Of a stretch of 64,000 nt of DNA, positions 49,295 through 61,508 are shown one piece after another (position 1 is the stretch's first letter; each line of letters starts with the position of its first letter). Made by a program: the position numbers and the translations under genes. The notes under the pieces are model-generated. The model ran no database searches. It was not told the origin of the DNA and worked only from the letters and a program-made list of their open reading frames with translations. Source of the DNA: Pseudogymnoascus verrucosus (lineage: Eukaryota); NCBI GenBank assembly GCA_001662655.1, contig KV460212.1. The stretch is one strand, 5' to 3'.

Positions 49295-49585
49295 AGTGGC
49301 GGTTGGAGGTGGGGGTTTGCGAGTTTGTTTTTGAGTTTGTCAAGTTTGGAATTGAGCAGCCAGAATTGACTTTATGGTTGGGAAAGAGGAGAAGTTTTGT
49401 AGAGGAGAGGTATTGCGGGGGGGAGGGTGTTGAGTCGAAATCGGAGTGTCAGGGCTAGGAGGGGGGTGCGGCACAGGAGGTCGTGTGTTTTATGAGTATT
49501 ATCCACAAAGTTGACAAAATATGCCCAGGGCGGACATCGGCAACTGTCTGGATTTCAGAGAGAAAGTTGTATAATCACGAAACTT

Positions 49586-49689
49586 TGATTGGTTGTGGAT
49601 TCGATGTGGCGGGGGTCTGGGGAATAAAGCGAGAAAGCCGAGGGTCCATTGGTTGGTCTTCTCACCCTTCAGCACGTGACACACGTGAC
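49586..49689. promoter_or_regulatory. HEM1 upstream elements: two ATTGG (CCAAT) boxes and tandem CACGTGAC E-boxes
   Basis: gattggtt (~49587), cattggtt (~49647) and cacgtgac at 49673-49680 and 49682-49689, lying 290-400 bp upstream of the HEM1 ATG. Confidence 0.45.
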
Positions 49690-50176
49690 ACCCTTCCCGC
49701 GGGTTCTTCTCATATTCTCCGTATTCGGGTATCGGCAGTACTTAGTTCCTAATTACCATGACTGAGCATAACTTAGCGTAATTGCACAAGAAATTTTATG
49801 TGGAAGATGATAATCCTCGCAGTATATACTTGTAGTATTGGACTATTGGTTTATTAGTTATCAAATCATGAAGTTGTACGCAGCAAACAAAATCTCCATA
49901 CTCATACTTTACCATACAAACTGCGTGTAATGCGTGGTGTAATGTGCAACAACGCGGGGTGACGTGCACAGACCAATGACGGAGGGGCAATCGACACTTT
50001 CCATGAGCGGTCTCATTCTGGCCTCCCGGGCTTCTTAACAGGCTTTCTCCAACTCTTTTCCGCTGTCAGACTCTTACTGCGATATCTCGGCGCAAAGGCG
50101 CCATATATCTTATTAGTATACCTCCTCGACAAACTCATAATCATCAGCACTGTCGCTTCAGTCCACAACTCTCACC

Positions 50177-50968
50177 ATGAGTCTCGAGAGGTCGCTCCAT
50201 GGCGGCTGCAGCTGCGGCCGTAACACCTTCATCATCGAGATGCCCCCCAAGGCCTCCGACACGGCCCAAGTGATTTTCGATGGCAACAATTCCTTCCGTA
50301 AGCTTCTTTCCCTAACCCTCCAAATTAGTCCATTCTCTCCATCAAACCCCCATCTCGCAAACCATCCCAAGCACCCGCTAACCTCGAACCATCTAGGCAC
50401 CTCTCCCCTCGCAGCCCACCTAAGAGTACCCCTCGCCTGGTACCACTCCACAACCCACGCCTTCTTCCCTGACGAAACGCACCCCGCTATCCGCCGCGCC
50501 TACGCGCCCTCTTCTAACTCACTCCGCCACTTCTGCGGCTTCTGCGGCTCACACCTCGCGATGTGGAGCGAGGCGCCCAAGGGAGAGGGAGAATATATCA
50601 GTCTCGCCCTCGGGTCGCTGGACGGAGGTGACCTCCACGACCTAGGCGAACTCGGTCTACTGCCACAAGAGGAGGCAGAGAAGCGACTGAGCGTACCGTC
50701 CGAGGAGCCCGTGGCAACTCGTGCAGCGCCGCGAGTAGGCGAAGGCCTCCCATGGTTCGAGGCGATGATCGAGGGGAGTGCGTTGGGTCGGGTGAAGGTC
50801 CGGCGGGGGCTCGAGGAGAAGGATGGGAGGAGGGTTGAGTGGGAGGTAGTAGAGTGGACGGAGGGCGGAGAGGAGGCGGAGGCCGATTCCAGCGCGGGGG
50901 AGGTGGCCGCGGGCGGGAAGCGGAAACTAGAGGATGATCATGCGGATATGGGGCATCGTGAGGGCTGA
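50177..50968 (+). CDS. GFA/CENP-V (Mss4-like) domain protein; probable in-frame intron 50298-50396
   Basis: SLHGGCSCG...RHFCGFCGSHL zinc-site pattern; LRVPLAWY; GLPWFEAMIEGS...VEWEVVEW. Confidence 0.8.
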   Translation: MSLERSLHGGCSCGRNTFIIEMPPKASDTAQVIFDGNNSFRKLLSLTLQISPFSPSNPHLANHPKHPLTSNHLGTSPLAAHLRVPLAWYHSTTHAFFPDETHPAIRRAYAPSSNSLRHFCGFCGSHLAMWSEAPKGEGEYISLALGSLDGGDLHDLGELGLLPQEEAEKRLSVPSEEPVATRAAPRVGEGLPWFEAMIEGSALGRVKVRRGLEEKDGRRVEWEVVEWTEGGEEAEADSSAGEVAAGGKRKLEDDHADMGHREG

Positions 50969-52105
50969 TGGGGACTGGTGATCTGCGATAGCCGCGTTTC
51001 CGCACGTCCTGTCTTGGGGGTCTTGGGGAGGTGGGCAGGGCGCTGGTGTTGCGTTGTGGTGCGGTGCGTTTAGCCGGGGGCGGGCGTGGGGTCCATGGCT
51101 GTGCTGTAGTGTGTTATGGGATGGCGTTTGGTGACAGGTGATGGGGGAGCGGGCAGATGGAGAATTATAGTCGAATAGATGGGATTTCCACTTCGTTGGG
51201 ATGTGTATAGTGGCCGTCCGATGGGGCAGCTTAATGTTCGGGGAATCTTCGGGGGTGACTCGGGACGTGAAGTTTGGGGAAAAGAGAGTATATCCGTAAG
51301 GCTCCCGGATTATCTATTTGGGAAGCGGGCAACATCAGGAAGGTGTGTGTGTTTGGTTGGAAGAAGCAGAACGGTTCCATCCTGTGTGTCGCCAACGCAT
51401 ACTACTAATAATATACGCTCGTAACGCTCCAATGTAGAATATACAAAGTACAGGCTATATTACCACGGATGAGAAATGGTGGGTTTTCAGGCAGGTACTC
51501 GAAGCCATCTCCACTTCTAGACGTTATGTTGGTATTCTGGACTCCACAGCATAATATGAAAATATAGTATCTACATGCTGCGCAGCGGAGTTGAACAGCC
51601 TCCGATTTATTGTCAATATCAGACGTCATCCCAACGATTCCAGAAAAGCCAACATAATGAATGTATAGTACCATACAGCGCGAGGGAAAAAAAGTGAGAG
51701 ATCGCCTATGTGGCCCGTCCAGTCGCCAACAGAGCGGGGTTCAGGGCCGCAGCGCCGGAAGAGTTGATCCCCCGGAGTTACCCCGCCATCATCGTGCCCC
51801 TCATTTTTCGGTCGTGACGGTCCGAGTGATAGAGTTGAGGCATTGGCAACGCCCAAAACACCGGCGATGGCGGCTCAATTACTATGAGACTCCTCCCTGG
51901 TACCTGACACGGCCTAGCTTTCCTTCCTCCGTGCTGACCCTTGGCTATTTGTATATAACAGAGCGATTCCCTTGCCCAGCTTGGTGCGGGGTTCACGCAG
52001 TTTCTTCCCTCTCAAACTTATCTATTACTGTGATCGCTGCTTGTATCCGCGATTCATACAGAGAACCTACCGAACCAAGAGAATTAATCCCCCATTCACT
52101 TCGCC

Positions 52106-53690
52106 ATGGTGACCCCAGACCCCACCAAGGCCGTTCTGCCCAAGGATTTCATTTGGGGCTTTGCTACTGCATCGTACGTTTCCAGTCACTGCTCCTGTCC
52201 AGCTTAGTAGCATAGCCATTTTCCATTGATACTAATTAATCGCCTAGCTACCAAATTGAGGGTGCTCCAGACACTGATGGCCGTGGCCCTTCTATCTGGG
52301 ACTCCTTCTGCAAGATCCCTGGAAAGATCGCCGGCGGCTGCTCCGGTGATGTCGCCTGCGACTCCTACAACCGCATTGCGGAGGACATTGAGCTCCTGAA
52401 GAAGACCGGCGCAAAGGCCTACCGCTTTTCCGTCTCCTGGTCGCGCGTGATCCCACTCGGTGGCCGCAACGACCCCATCAACCAAAAGGGTTTGGACTAC
52501 TACGTCAAGCTCGTCGACGACCTCCTCGATGCCGGCATCATCCCCATGATCACTCTTTTCCACTGGGATCTCCCCGATGAGCTTCACAAGCGCTACCTCG
52601 GCATGCTGAACAAGGAGGAGTTCGTCGCCGACTTCGCCAACTACTCCCGCGTCCTCTTCAAGGCTATGCCCAAGTGCAAGCACTGGATCACCTTCAACGA
52701 GCCGTGGTGCTCCAGCATCCTCGGATACAGCACCGGTCTGTTCGCCCCTGGACGCACTAGCGACCGCACCAAGAGCGCTGAGGGCGACTCGAGCAGGGAG
52801 GGATGGACTGTCGGACACAACATCCTGATTGCGCACGCGCACTCGGTCAAGATCTACCGTGAGGAGTTTAAGCCCACTAACGGCGGCGAGATCGGTATCA
52901 CTCTCAATGGTAAGCTCCCCCTTTCCAGCCCCCCATCTGCCAACCAAGCTAATCCACCCACCCAGGTGACGCCGTCTACCCATGGGACCCCGAGGACCCA
53001 GAAGACGTCGAGGCCTGCGACCGCAAGATCGAGTTCTCCATCTCCTGGTTCGCGGACCCCATCTACTTCGGCACCTACCCCGAGTCGATGGTCAAGCAGC
53101 TCGGCGACCGCCTCCCCACCTTCACCCCCGAGGAAGCCGCCCTCGTCAAGGGTTCAAACGACTTCTACGGCATGAACCACTACACCGCCAACTACATCAA
53201 GCACAAGAGCACCCCCGCCGCTGACGACGACTTCCTCGGCAACCTCGAGACGCTCTTCGAGTCCAAGAATGGCGAGAATATCGGCCCGGAGACACAGTCG
53301 TTCTGGCTTCGTCCTAACCCGCCGGGATTCCGCAACCTGCTCGTGTGGTTGAGCAAGCGTTATGGTAACCCTAAGATCTACGTCACCGAGAACGGGACGT
53401 CGCTTAAGGGGGAGAATGACCTGCCGATTGAGGGCATCCTCGATGACGAGTTCCGCGCTGAGTATTTCCGCAGCTATATCGCGGCGATGGCGCAGGCGGT
53501 TGAGGAGGATGGAGTGGATGTGCGCGCGTACATGGCGTGGAGTTTGATGGATAACTTTGAGTGGGCTGAGGGGTACGAGACGAGGTTCGGTGTTACGTTT
53601 GTGGATTATGAGGGTGGACAGAAGAGGTTCCCTAAGAAGAGTGCTACGGTTGTGGGACCGTTCTTTGATAAGCTTATTAAGAAGGAGTAG
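52106..53690 (+). CDS. Glycoside hydrolase family 1 beta-glucosidase (intracellular); exons 52106-52173, 52248-52909, 52966-53690
   Basis: FIWGFATASYQIEG, YRFSVSWSR, TLFHWDLP, acid/base TFNEP, nucleophile YVTENG and WSLMDNFEWAEGY. No signal peptide. Confidence 0.96.
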
Positions 53691-54128
53691 AGTGGGAGAT
53701 GAGGGATGAAAATATGATGTGATAGATAGGCTCAGGTTAGCGGTTACGTTTTTTATAGGTATGCATTCTATTATGGATGCGGAAATTTGTAGATTTGTAT
53801 GTGCCTACTTCCAGATCTCCGGTGTGTTGTGTCTTATTCTTCGCCATGCCGTATTATTGTTGTGTATGCAGTTGTTCGAGATATGGCTTGGCTCCGTCCT
53901 TGGATAACTCGATTCAACCTCGAAGTCTGACGTATTCCGTGGCGCACAAATTCGCGAAATACTTCTTTTCCATCGAGGACGGCGTGTCGTCGCCCAAAAG
54001 TTTCATACCCCATCCCAACACACCCCGTGGCTGCGGATGGTCCGCCGTGCATCCCGAGAGACGGCCGCCAGCACGAGAGCAGCCTCATTTTCTGCGCCTA
54101 CTTTACATATCCTTCCCACCACCCCCTC

Positions 54129-54644
54129 TCACTCCACACCCACCCCCCTAACCTTCTCCCAACACTGCAAAATCGTCCCCGCATTCTTCTCCCTCGTATC
54201 ATCCCTATCCCCATGAATCCACAACCCCATGACCTTCTCCCCCTCCCCCTCCCCCGGCACCCTCAAAATCAAAAACTCACTCGTAACCTCCACATCCCTC
54301 ACCTCCCTAACATCCAACACCAAATTCTCCAACCCATGTCTATTCAGCACCACAACCACAAACCCCTCCTCCGTCTCGCACACAAACAGCGCACCCTCGA
54401 TCCCGCTCTTCTCCCATTGCCCGGTTGAGGCGGAGAAGGTGTAGACGACTGCGTTGGCGGCGATGGAGAGGATGGTGCGCGTGCTGGGGAAGTAGCGGCG
54501 TAGGACGGAGAGGTTGAGGTCGGTGTTGGTGCGCGTGGGAGGGGGGAGGTGGGGGGGCATGTCGGAGTCGTTGTCGGATGCTTGGTGGGGGTTGGGGGGG
54601 TTTTGACGGCGTGCGTGCTGTTTGGGGCGGTTGGGCGCGGGCAT
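54129..54644 (-). CDS. DCP1: mRNA decapping subunit Dcp1 (EVH1/PH-like domain)
   Basis: LNLSVLRRY...ILSIAANAVVYTF...WEKSGIEGALFV...VLNRHGLEN...GLWI. Confidence 0.88.
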   Translation of the reverse strand: MPAPNRPKQHARRQNPPNPHQASDNDSDMPPHLPPPTRTNTDLNLSVLRRYFPSTRTILSIAANAVVYTFSASTGQWEKSGIEGALFVCETEEGFVVVVLNRHGLENLVLDVREVRDVEVTSEFLILRVPGEGEGEKVMGLWIHGDRDDTREKNAGTILQCWEKVRGVGVE

Positions 54645-55335
54645 GGTGGGTGTGTGTTTGGAAGTGAATTGGTTGTTGGTGGTGAGTGGGAGGTTGGGGG
54701 TGAGTTCGTGAGGCTGCGAGGGTAGTGCGCGTTGAGGGTTTTTGCGGTGCCGGTTGGGGTGTTTTGGAGGTTGCTAGTATGTTTGTCTTATATCGCTCTC
54801 GACAATGTAGCTTAGCCTTTAGGGTATTCGTAGATCGTGCTGTTGATTATTCAATATTGTGTTGTAGGTACGTTGCGACGGAGCTCATGCAAGTCGCGCG
54901 CGCAGTCCATCCATAGATTCACGTGCCTCAGCCTTGCGCTAACCACCAGATTCGTGGGGTAACGTACGGGAGCGCGGGATGCCACAACCCCGCCAGGCTG
55001 CCCACAACTCGAAGCGGCCTCGACCACTCAGTGAGCTTCATTATCGGAAGCTGAATGATCTCCCTCTGACGCCCCATAAGTTTCGCTGTCAACGCGAAAA
55101 AAGGAGTGCTTTTCAGATGCTGTGGATCAACCCAGCTGCGCCTTGATCAATGCCACGCTACGTCATTACCGGTCTCGAGTCCAGGAACGCGCGCGGCACA
55201 TAATTGATGCGGCCGCTGGTTGGGAGCTTTTGGGATTCGGTATTCTGATATTCTCGGGACGGTTTGTTTGAGCTCACTATATAATTCATCCGCATACTAC
55301 ACTGCATCGCCTAGCTGATAGGGAAACCGCACACG

Positions 55336-58300
55336 ATGTTGTCCCCGTCGATAAGCCGCGAGTCGTCGAGTTTCGTCGAGGTCTCCGAACTGGACCCGGA
55401 CGCCGAGGAGCTCGAGTCCACGCCGCACTCCTTGTCGCGAGCTGTCTACGAGCGTCGTGCGGAATATACACGGTCGCATTCGATGAAAATCAAGGTCGGG
55501 ACTTGGAATGTTGCCGCCTGTCCGGGAGTTCATAACGATATCAGGAGCTGGTTTGTGGATGGGAAGGGGGTTGATACGAAGCTCGCGGGGCTCAAGATAT
55601 CAGACCCGGACGGAAAAAATGTTAAAGTACAATCTAAAGGCGATACTGGAGATCCGAAGAGCATACCAGAAACGCCGCTTGGCGAGGAGGGAATCGTGCT
55701 TGGTGGGGAGCATGTAGGTCTCTATGTGCTGGGGCTACAGGAGATTGTCACGCTGGCATCTGCGAAGGAATATATAGGCCGTGTCTATGTCGACCCCGAA
55801 CCACTGAATAAGTGGAAGCGAGCACTGGAAGAGGCAGTTCCCGATGGATATGAGCTTATCGCCGACACGCAGATGTCGGGGCTACTACTTCTCATTTATG
55901 CTTCCCCAGCTATCGCGCCTACGGTTACCTCGGTGTCTTCTGTCAGTGTTGGCACAGGCATAATGGGGTATCTAGGCAATAAAGGCGCGGTCTGCACCAG
56001 GATAGTGTTGGGAGAGACGACGCGACTGGCATTTATAAACTCTCATCTGGCATCGGGCACAGAGAAGGCACACTATGAACGGAGATGCTGGGACTACAAT
56101 CAGATTACGACTCGCACCAAATTTGATCCTGTCAGTGTAGCTGGAGAGACTAGCGACATCCAGGAGGTTATTGGAGACGAGGACTTCGCGTTTTGGTTCG
56201 GAGATCTGAACTTCAGGCTGGACGGGTTGCCAGGCGATGACATCCGGCGATTGCTCATGCTTCACGCGAGAGGCGAATACGCGCCTGGATCAAGCTCGAG
56301 GAATTATCTCGAAAGTGAAATAGCGAAGTCGGAGGAACCGATATTGATACGACACGTCGAGAGCGACGATGACGAGCCCATAGACCTACAGGCCGAAAAC
56401 CCAAATACGAGCAGCAGGTCCTCTTCGATGGATCTTCCAGACCCGGATGACTTCTTGCAGGACCCCCATTCAGATCCTACCTCTCTACAAGCCACGTTAG
56501 ACTCTCTACTACCCCACGACCAACTGCGAAGAGTTCAGCGGCAAAAGAAGGCCTTCCATGACGGCTGGCGGGAAGGGCCAATCACATTTATCCCAACTTA
56601 CAAATACGACGTGGGCACCTTTGGCGTCTTCGATTCCGGCGAGAAGATGCGACCGCCCAGCTGGTGCGATCGAATTCTGTTCCGAACACGTCGCGATAAG
56701 TCTGAATATGATGGGAGAGTACGGGATGAAGAGGCTGCGCGGGTGAAGGACGAGGAAATGAAGTCTCGTGGTATTGAACAAGCCGCACAGGATGAAGAAG
56801 TAATCTTTGATTATGACCCCGCTAGCGATGGAGTCGATACATACGGTGATTACGACGAATACGATGAAGGAGAGGACAATGGGGAGGATGTTACTGTGAA
56901 GGACGAACACGCCGACAAGCTGAACCTTGAAATTTATACGTCACACCAGAGGGTTACTTCTTCAGACCACAAGCCTCTAGATGCTGTGTTTACCATAAGC
57001 TACGATGCTGTGGTCCCAGAGCTGAAATCAAGAGTTCACCAGGAGGTAGCCAGAGAGCTAGACAGGGCAGAGAACGAGCATAGGCCTGGCGTGACAATTC
57101 TAGTGGAGCATTCTGATTTCATAGACGAGGCGCCAGGTTCCCAGACAACAGCAGATGCCGCCGACGGTGTTAATTTTGGAGATGTCAAGTATCTATACAG
57201 CAAAGAACGGTCCTTGACGATCGCAAATACAGGGCAGGTCCCGGCCACGTTCGCGTTTATAAGCAAACCATCTAGACCAGGTCAGCCAGATCAAGTAGCG
57301 CCGAGCTGGTTGAGGCCTGCTTTCGACTCTTATGATGATGATGGCGCGGTTAAGAGGCTCGAATCGGAGGTTACGCTTGAGCCTGGAGACACTATTATGG
57401 TCACGCTGGAGATCTATGTGCAGGATTTCGCACAGGTCAGGGCTTTGAATATGGGTGAGCTACAGCTGGATGAGGTGCTCATACTACGCGTCACGGATGG
57501 GAGGGACTACTTCATTCCCGTCAGAGGCACCTGGCTACAATCGTGCTTCGGTCGCACAATCGACGAGCTGATCCGCATACCCGAAGGGGGCGGGGCACGC
57601 GCTCTTCGTACGCCAGGGCATAAAGATACCGCAGAACAAAATACGCTCTCGACAGTAGATTCAAGTACTCTCACCGAGGCCGTACCAAGAGAACTCACAA
57701 AACTCACCGACACCTTCGAGCCCCTCCTCGAGCGCGCCATCGCCGAGCGCGAAATGACCGGCGCCTCCGAAACCCCCGTCCCAGACGCCTGGCCATTCGA
57801 ACCCACCACCACCTCGCACAGCCGCTCCCAAACCCGCGCCAACCTCCTCGAAGCCCTCGACACCAACACTCCCCTAAACGCCTCCTTTCCCCCTGGCATT
57901 CGCGAAGTCGAGAAGCTCGAAACCACTGCTGAGGTCCTGCAGCTCTTCGTGGCAAGCCTTACGGATGGCATCATCCCAGCCGCCTTCTGGAAAACTATCG
58001 ATGACGACCTGGCGGCACGCAAGCGCGCCCCTACCCCTGATGAAACTCGGATTCTGACTATGGTCCCCCTCGCTGATTCGCCGCCACACAGCATCGCCCT
58101 CGTTCACCTCGTCGTTCGCCTCGGCAAGGTCGTCTCGATGCGTGCGCCCCCGCCTAGCTCCCCGGTCACGGAGGCGAAGCCCAGCCGCTTCGATTTCAGG
58201 CAGTCGATGGGATATGGGCGTGCCCGACGCACGACATTAACGGATGACCCGTCGCTGGCGGCGAGGAGGGCGATTGAGAGGCGTATTGCGGAAGTGTGGG

Positions 58301-58404
58301 CGCCGGTGATGATTAGGGGTCCAGAGGACGTGGGGGAGAAGGAGAGGAGGGCGAGTGAGGCGAGGAAGAGAGGCGTTGTGGAGGCGTTTTTGGCGAAGGA
58401 GTGA
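55336..58404 (+). CDS. Inositol polyphosphate 5-phosphatase, OCRL/INPP5B-like (5-phosphatase, ASH/Ig-like and RhoGAP-like regions)
   Basis: GTWNV, GLQEIV, GNKGAV, NSHLA, FWFGDLNFR, PTYKYD, PSWCDRIL and SDHKP, followed by FGDVKY...IANTGQVPATFAF and SCFG. Confidence 0.92.
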   Translation: MLSPSISRESSSFVEVSELDPDAEELESTPHSLSRAVYERRAEYTRSHSMKIKVGTWNVAACPGVHNDIRSWFVDGKGVDTKLAGLKISDPDGKNVKVQSKGDTGDPKSIPETPLGEEGIVLGGEHVGLYVLGLQEIVTLASAKEYIGRVYVDPEPLNKWKRALEEAVPDGYELIADTQMSGLLLLIYASPAIAPTVTSVSSVSVGTGIMGYLGNKGAVCTRIVLGETTRLAFINSHLASGTEKAHYERRCWDYNQITTRTKFDPVSVAGETSDIQEVIGDEDFAFWFGDLNFRLDGLPGDDIRRLLMLHARGEYAPGSSSRNYLESEIAKSEEPILIRHVESDDDEPIDLQAENPNTSSRSSSMDLPDPDDFLQDPHSDPTSLQATLDSLLPHDQLRRVQRQKKAFHDGWREGPITFIPTYKYDVGTFGVFDSGEKMRPPSWCDRILFRTRRDKSEYDGRVRDEEAARVKDEEMKSRGIEQAAQDEEVIFDYDPASDGVDTYGDYDEYDEGEDNGEDVTVKDEHADKLNLEIYTSHQRVTSSDHKPLDAVFTISYDAVVPELKSRVHQEVARELDRAENEHRPGVTILVEHSDFIDEAPGSQTTADAADGVNFGDVKYLYSKERSLTIANTGQVPATFAFISKPSRPGQPDQVAPSWLRPAFDSYDDDGAVKRLESEVTLEPGDTIMVTLEIYVQDFAQVRALNMGELQLDEVLILRVTDGRDYFIPVRGTWLQSCFGRTIDELIRIPEGGGARALRTPGHKDTAEQNTLSTVDSSTLTEAVPRELTKLTDTFEPLLERAIAEREMTGASETPVPDAWPFEPTTTSHSRSQTRANLLEALDTNTPLNASFPPGIREVEKLETTAEVLQLFVASLTDGIIPAAFWKTIDDDLAARKRAPTPDETRILTMVPLADSPPHSIALVHLVVRLGKVVSMRAPPPSSPVTEAKPSRFDFRQSMGYGRARRTTLTDDPSLAARRAIERRIAEVWAPVMIRGPEDVGEKERRASEARKRGVVEAFLAKE

Positions 58405-58827
58405 GGGCGATGTTTATGCAATGAGAGATATATGGACAGTAGAGTATACGAGAGGTCGAATCAGGAGAGAGCCCTAGCGAGATTGAAGGAATCGCCGTGG
58501 AGGCTGTCAGGTTCCGATCCCAGCCGAACGCGAGACATGGGCGCTCCCGCGGATCTCATGCGCGCGAACCCCCAGCCTTCAGCTCGAAGCAGGTACAATT
58601 CCAAAAACACGAGTCCTAGTCTCAACCCACGCAGCTGACGTGGGGAAGCGAAGCCCACGCCACCACCGCATCGGCGAGGAATCGGCGTGGGGTGATCTGT
58701 CATGCGAATTCCGTGCCACGAAACGTGGTTGCGGCGCATACTCGCACCAAGATCGCCGGGCACCAGCGTCAGTATCCGAAACCCGCGCCATGGAATACTG
58801 TACGTACAGCTGCAAAAAGAAAGTTCT

Positions 58828-59689
58828 TTATCTTCTTCGTACTGTAGCTACTCCCCATTTATCACATCACACCCATGTGGTGGTGGGTGGTGACCCCTGT
58901 CGCTTGGCGCCGGCATTAGCGCCAAGCCGCATCATGCTTATCTCTCGCACGGGCCACTTGGGGTGGTTCCGTTATCAGTTGGGAGGCACACGAGAATGGG
59001 TCGGGGTGATAGGGTTGATATGGATGGGCGATGGGGGTGGGTAATTGGCTGGAGGGATGGGGTTTGATATCATAGAGAAATTTGGGGTTTGAGAGGCTTC
59101 CACGTGGATGTTGTACGATTGTGTTGATGTTTGACACGGATTCAGTACTGTACTGTACATACATATGAGGATGTCGTTGAAGTGAGACTGGCGGTGACTG
59201 GGAGGAAGGGTAATATGCCCAGTATACCCAGTTCCACTTCTCAAAATGCGCATTCTTCATCTATCAACAAATTATACGCATGGTTTACCGGGGTTTGAAG
59301 CTCTTTAGCTCCTCTAACCCCAGTGTGGAGGTGGATCCTGGTCATAGATAGTCGATGCTTTCCATTACTCAATCCACTCCCCCCTGCTATCTGGTGGCTT
59401 AGCTTATCTCTTGTTTGTCGCCCCCCTGCTCTGTGGCTCGATATGGGAGATCAGTATGATGGGTGCACAGTATCATACTGTGATCCTCCCTGTAAGCTGT
59501 GCGGCGCGGGAGTTCAAGCCTGTCCGTCTATTCCCGGCTCTGGGTCCATCATGATTGGGCGGATACGCACTCCTATTCACGGCGCTCCCAGTCACGTCTC
59601 GCGTGGGTCGAAGCTGATATCAAATTTGGGGGTTAGGGAGGGAGGATTGGAGATTTACGGTAAGGCGGCAGGGGAGGTAAGAACTATCT
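58828..59689. promoter_or_regulatory. Cluster of HGATAR (GATA factor AreA/NIT2-type) sites upstream of the ammonium transporter
   Basis: HGATAR on either strand at 58828, 58859, 58938, 58972, 59007, 59261, 59346, 59387, 59404 and 59684. Confidence 0.6.
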
Positions 59690-59892
59690 CACCTCGTGGG
59701 AGAGAGTACATAAGGGTAGGATACACCCTGTAATCTCACATTTCTCGATCCCGAACTCATTGACAACGACAAAACAACGCGGCTCAAGACCTACCTGTGA
59801 AAGGGGATAATATCAACGCAACTGCTCTGCTTCGCTGCTGACGAGCCTTCTTCGTGATATATCGAGCCAACCCTCAGTTCAGAACACGCGCG

Positions 59893-61508
59893 ATGGCGTC
59901 CTCACTCTACGCCAAGCCCTACGATGGCACTGCTGCGGACGGAGGTGATTCCCTAACGGTTAACCTCAACCAGTACTATGAGGTATGCGAGCATCCAACC
60001 CTCCTCTCCCCTGGCAGCGCACCTCTAACCACCCACAGTCCGGCGACATTGCCTGGATCACCACATCCACAGCGCTGGTGCTCCTTATGATTCCCGGAGT
60101 CGGCTTCTTCTACTCCGGCCTCGCGCGCCGCAAGTCTGCGCTCTCCTTAATCTGGCTTTCCATGATGTCTGTTGGAGTCGTAGGATTCCAGTGGTTCTTC
60201 TGGGGCTACTCGCTCGCCTTCGGTTCGGGCAGCAGTTATATCGGTAACCTGAGCCATATCGGGTTCCGCAATGTGCTGGCTGCGCCGTCGCCGGGCAGCC
60301 CGAAGATCCCAGAGATCTTGTTTGCGGTGTATCAGGGCATGTTTGCCGCTATTACGTGAGTTTCTTCCGGTGGTCTGGATGGCGGAAATGGGACGTGAAG
60401 CTGACAAAATGCATAGTCCAGCACTTGCCATCGGCGCTGCTGCCGACCGAGGGCGTATGCTGCCATGTTTGGTGTTCATCTTCATCTGGTCGACTATAAT
60501 CTACGACCCCATCGCCTGCTGGACATGGAACCCCAAAGGCTGGTCCTTCCTCATGGGCGGTCTCGATTTCGCCGGCGGAACTCCCGTCCACATCTCCTCT
60601 GGCGCTGCTGCCCTCGCCTACTCCGTGATGCTCGGCAAGCGCTCTGGATACAGCGCGACTGCCGGACTCCCATACCGTCCTCATAACGTTACTCACGTCG
60701 TCCTCGGCACGGTCTTCCTGTGGGTTGGCTGGTTCGGATTCAACGGTGGTTCAGCTCTTGCTTCCAACATCCGCGCTGTCATGGCATGCTTCGTCACACA
60801 CACCGCAGCTGCAACTGGTGGCGTTGCATGGACTCTCATGGATTACAGGCTCGACCGCAAGTGGTCCACTGTCGGATTCTGCTCCGGTGCCATTGCTGGC
60901 CTCGTCGCCATCACTCCGGCTGCTGGATTCGTCCCCGCCTGGTCCGCCATCATCTTCGGCGTTGTCGGCGCCGTCGCTTGCAACTTTGCCACGAAGATCA
61001 AGTACCTCCTCCACGTCGACGACGCGCTCGACATCTTCGCTGTCCACGGCGTCGGCGGCTTCGTCGGAAACCTTCTCACCGGCCTCTTCGCTGCGTAAGT
61101 CCTTCCCCCCATACGAGAACACTGAGGCCCCAACTAACACCCAACAGTGATTACATAGCAGCTCTCGATGGCGCTACCGTCATCCCCGGTGGCTGGCTCA
61201 ACAAACACTACATCCAGCTGGCCTACCAGCTCGCCGATTCCGTAGCAGGCTTCACCTACTCCTTCGGCGGCACGTGCCTCATTCTGTTCCTGATGAACCT
61301 TGTCCCAGGGCTGTCGCTGCGCGCGTCCGAGGAGGATGAGAACAACGGCATGGATGATGCGCAGTTGGGCGAGTTCGCGTATGATTATGTTGAGCTGAGG
61401 CGCGAGACTTCGGATGTGGTTATCCAGGATATTGAGGCTGGTAGCTCTAAGGGGAGCGCGTCCATGAGCGCAGCTGCGAGCATGGTTGGGGCTGAGCAGA
61501 AGGTTTAA
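59893..61508 (+). CDS. Ammonium transporter (Amt/MEP family); exons 59893-59982, 60039-60355, 60417-61094, 61148-61508
   Basis: LMIPGVGFFYSGL, FQWFFWGYSLAF, DFAGGTPVH, FLWVGWFGFNGGS, AGLVAITP and DDALDIFAVHG. Confidence 0.96.
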
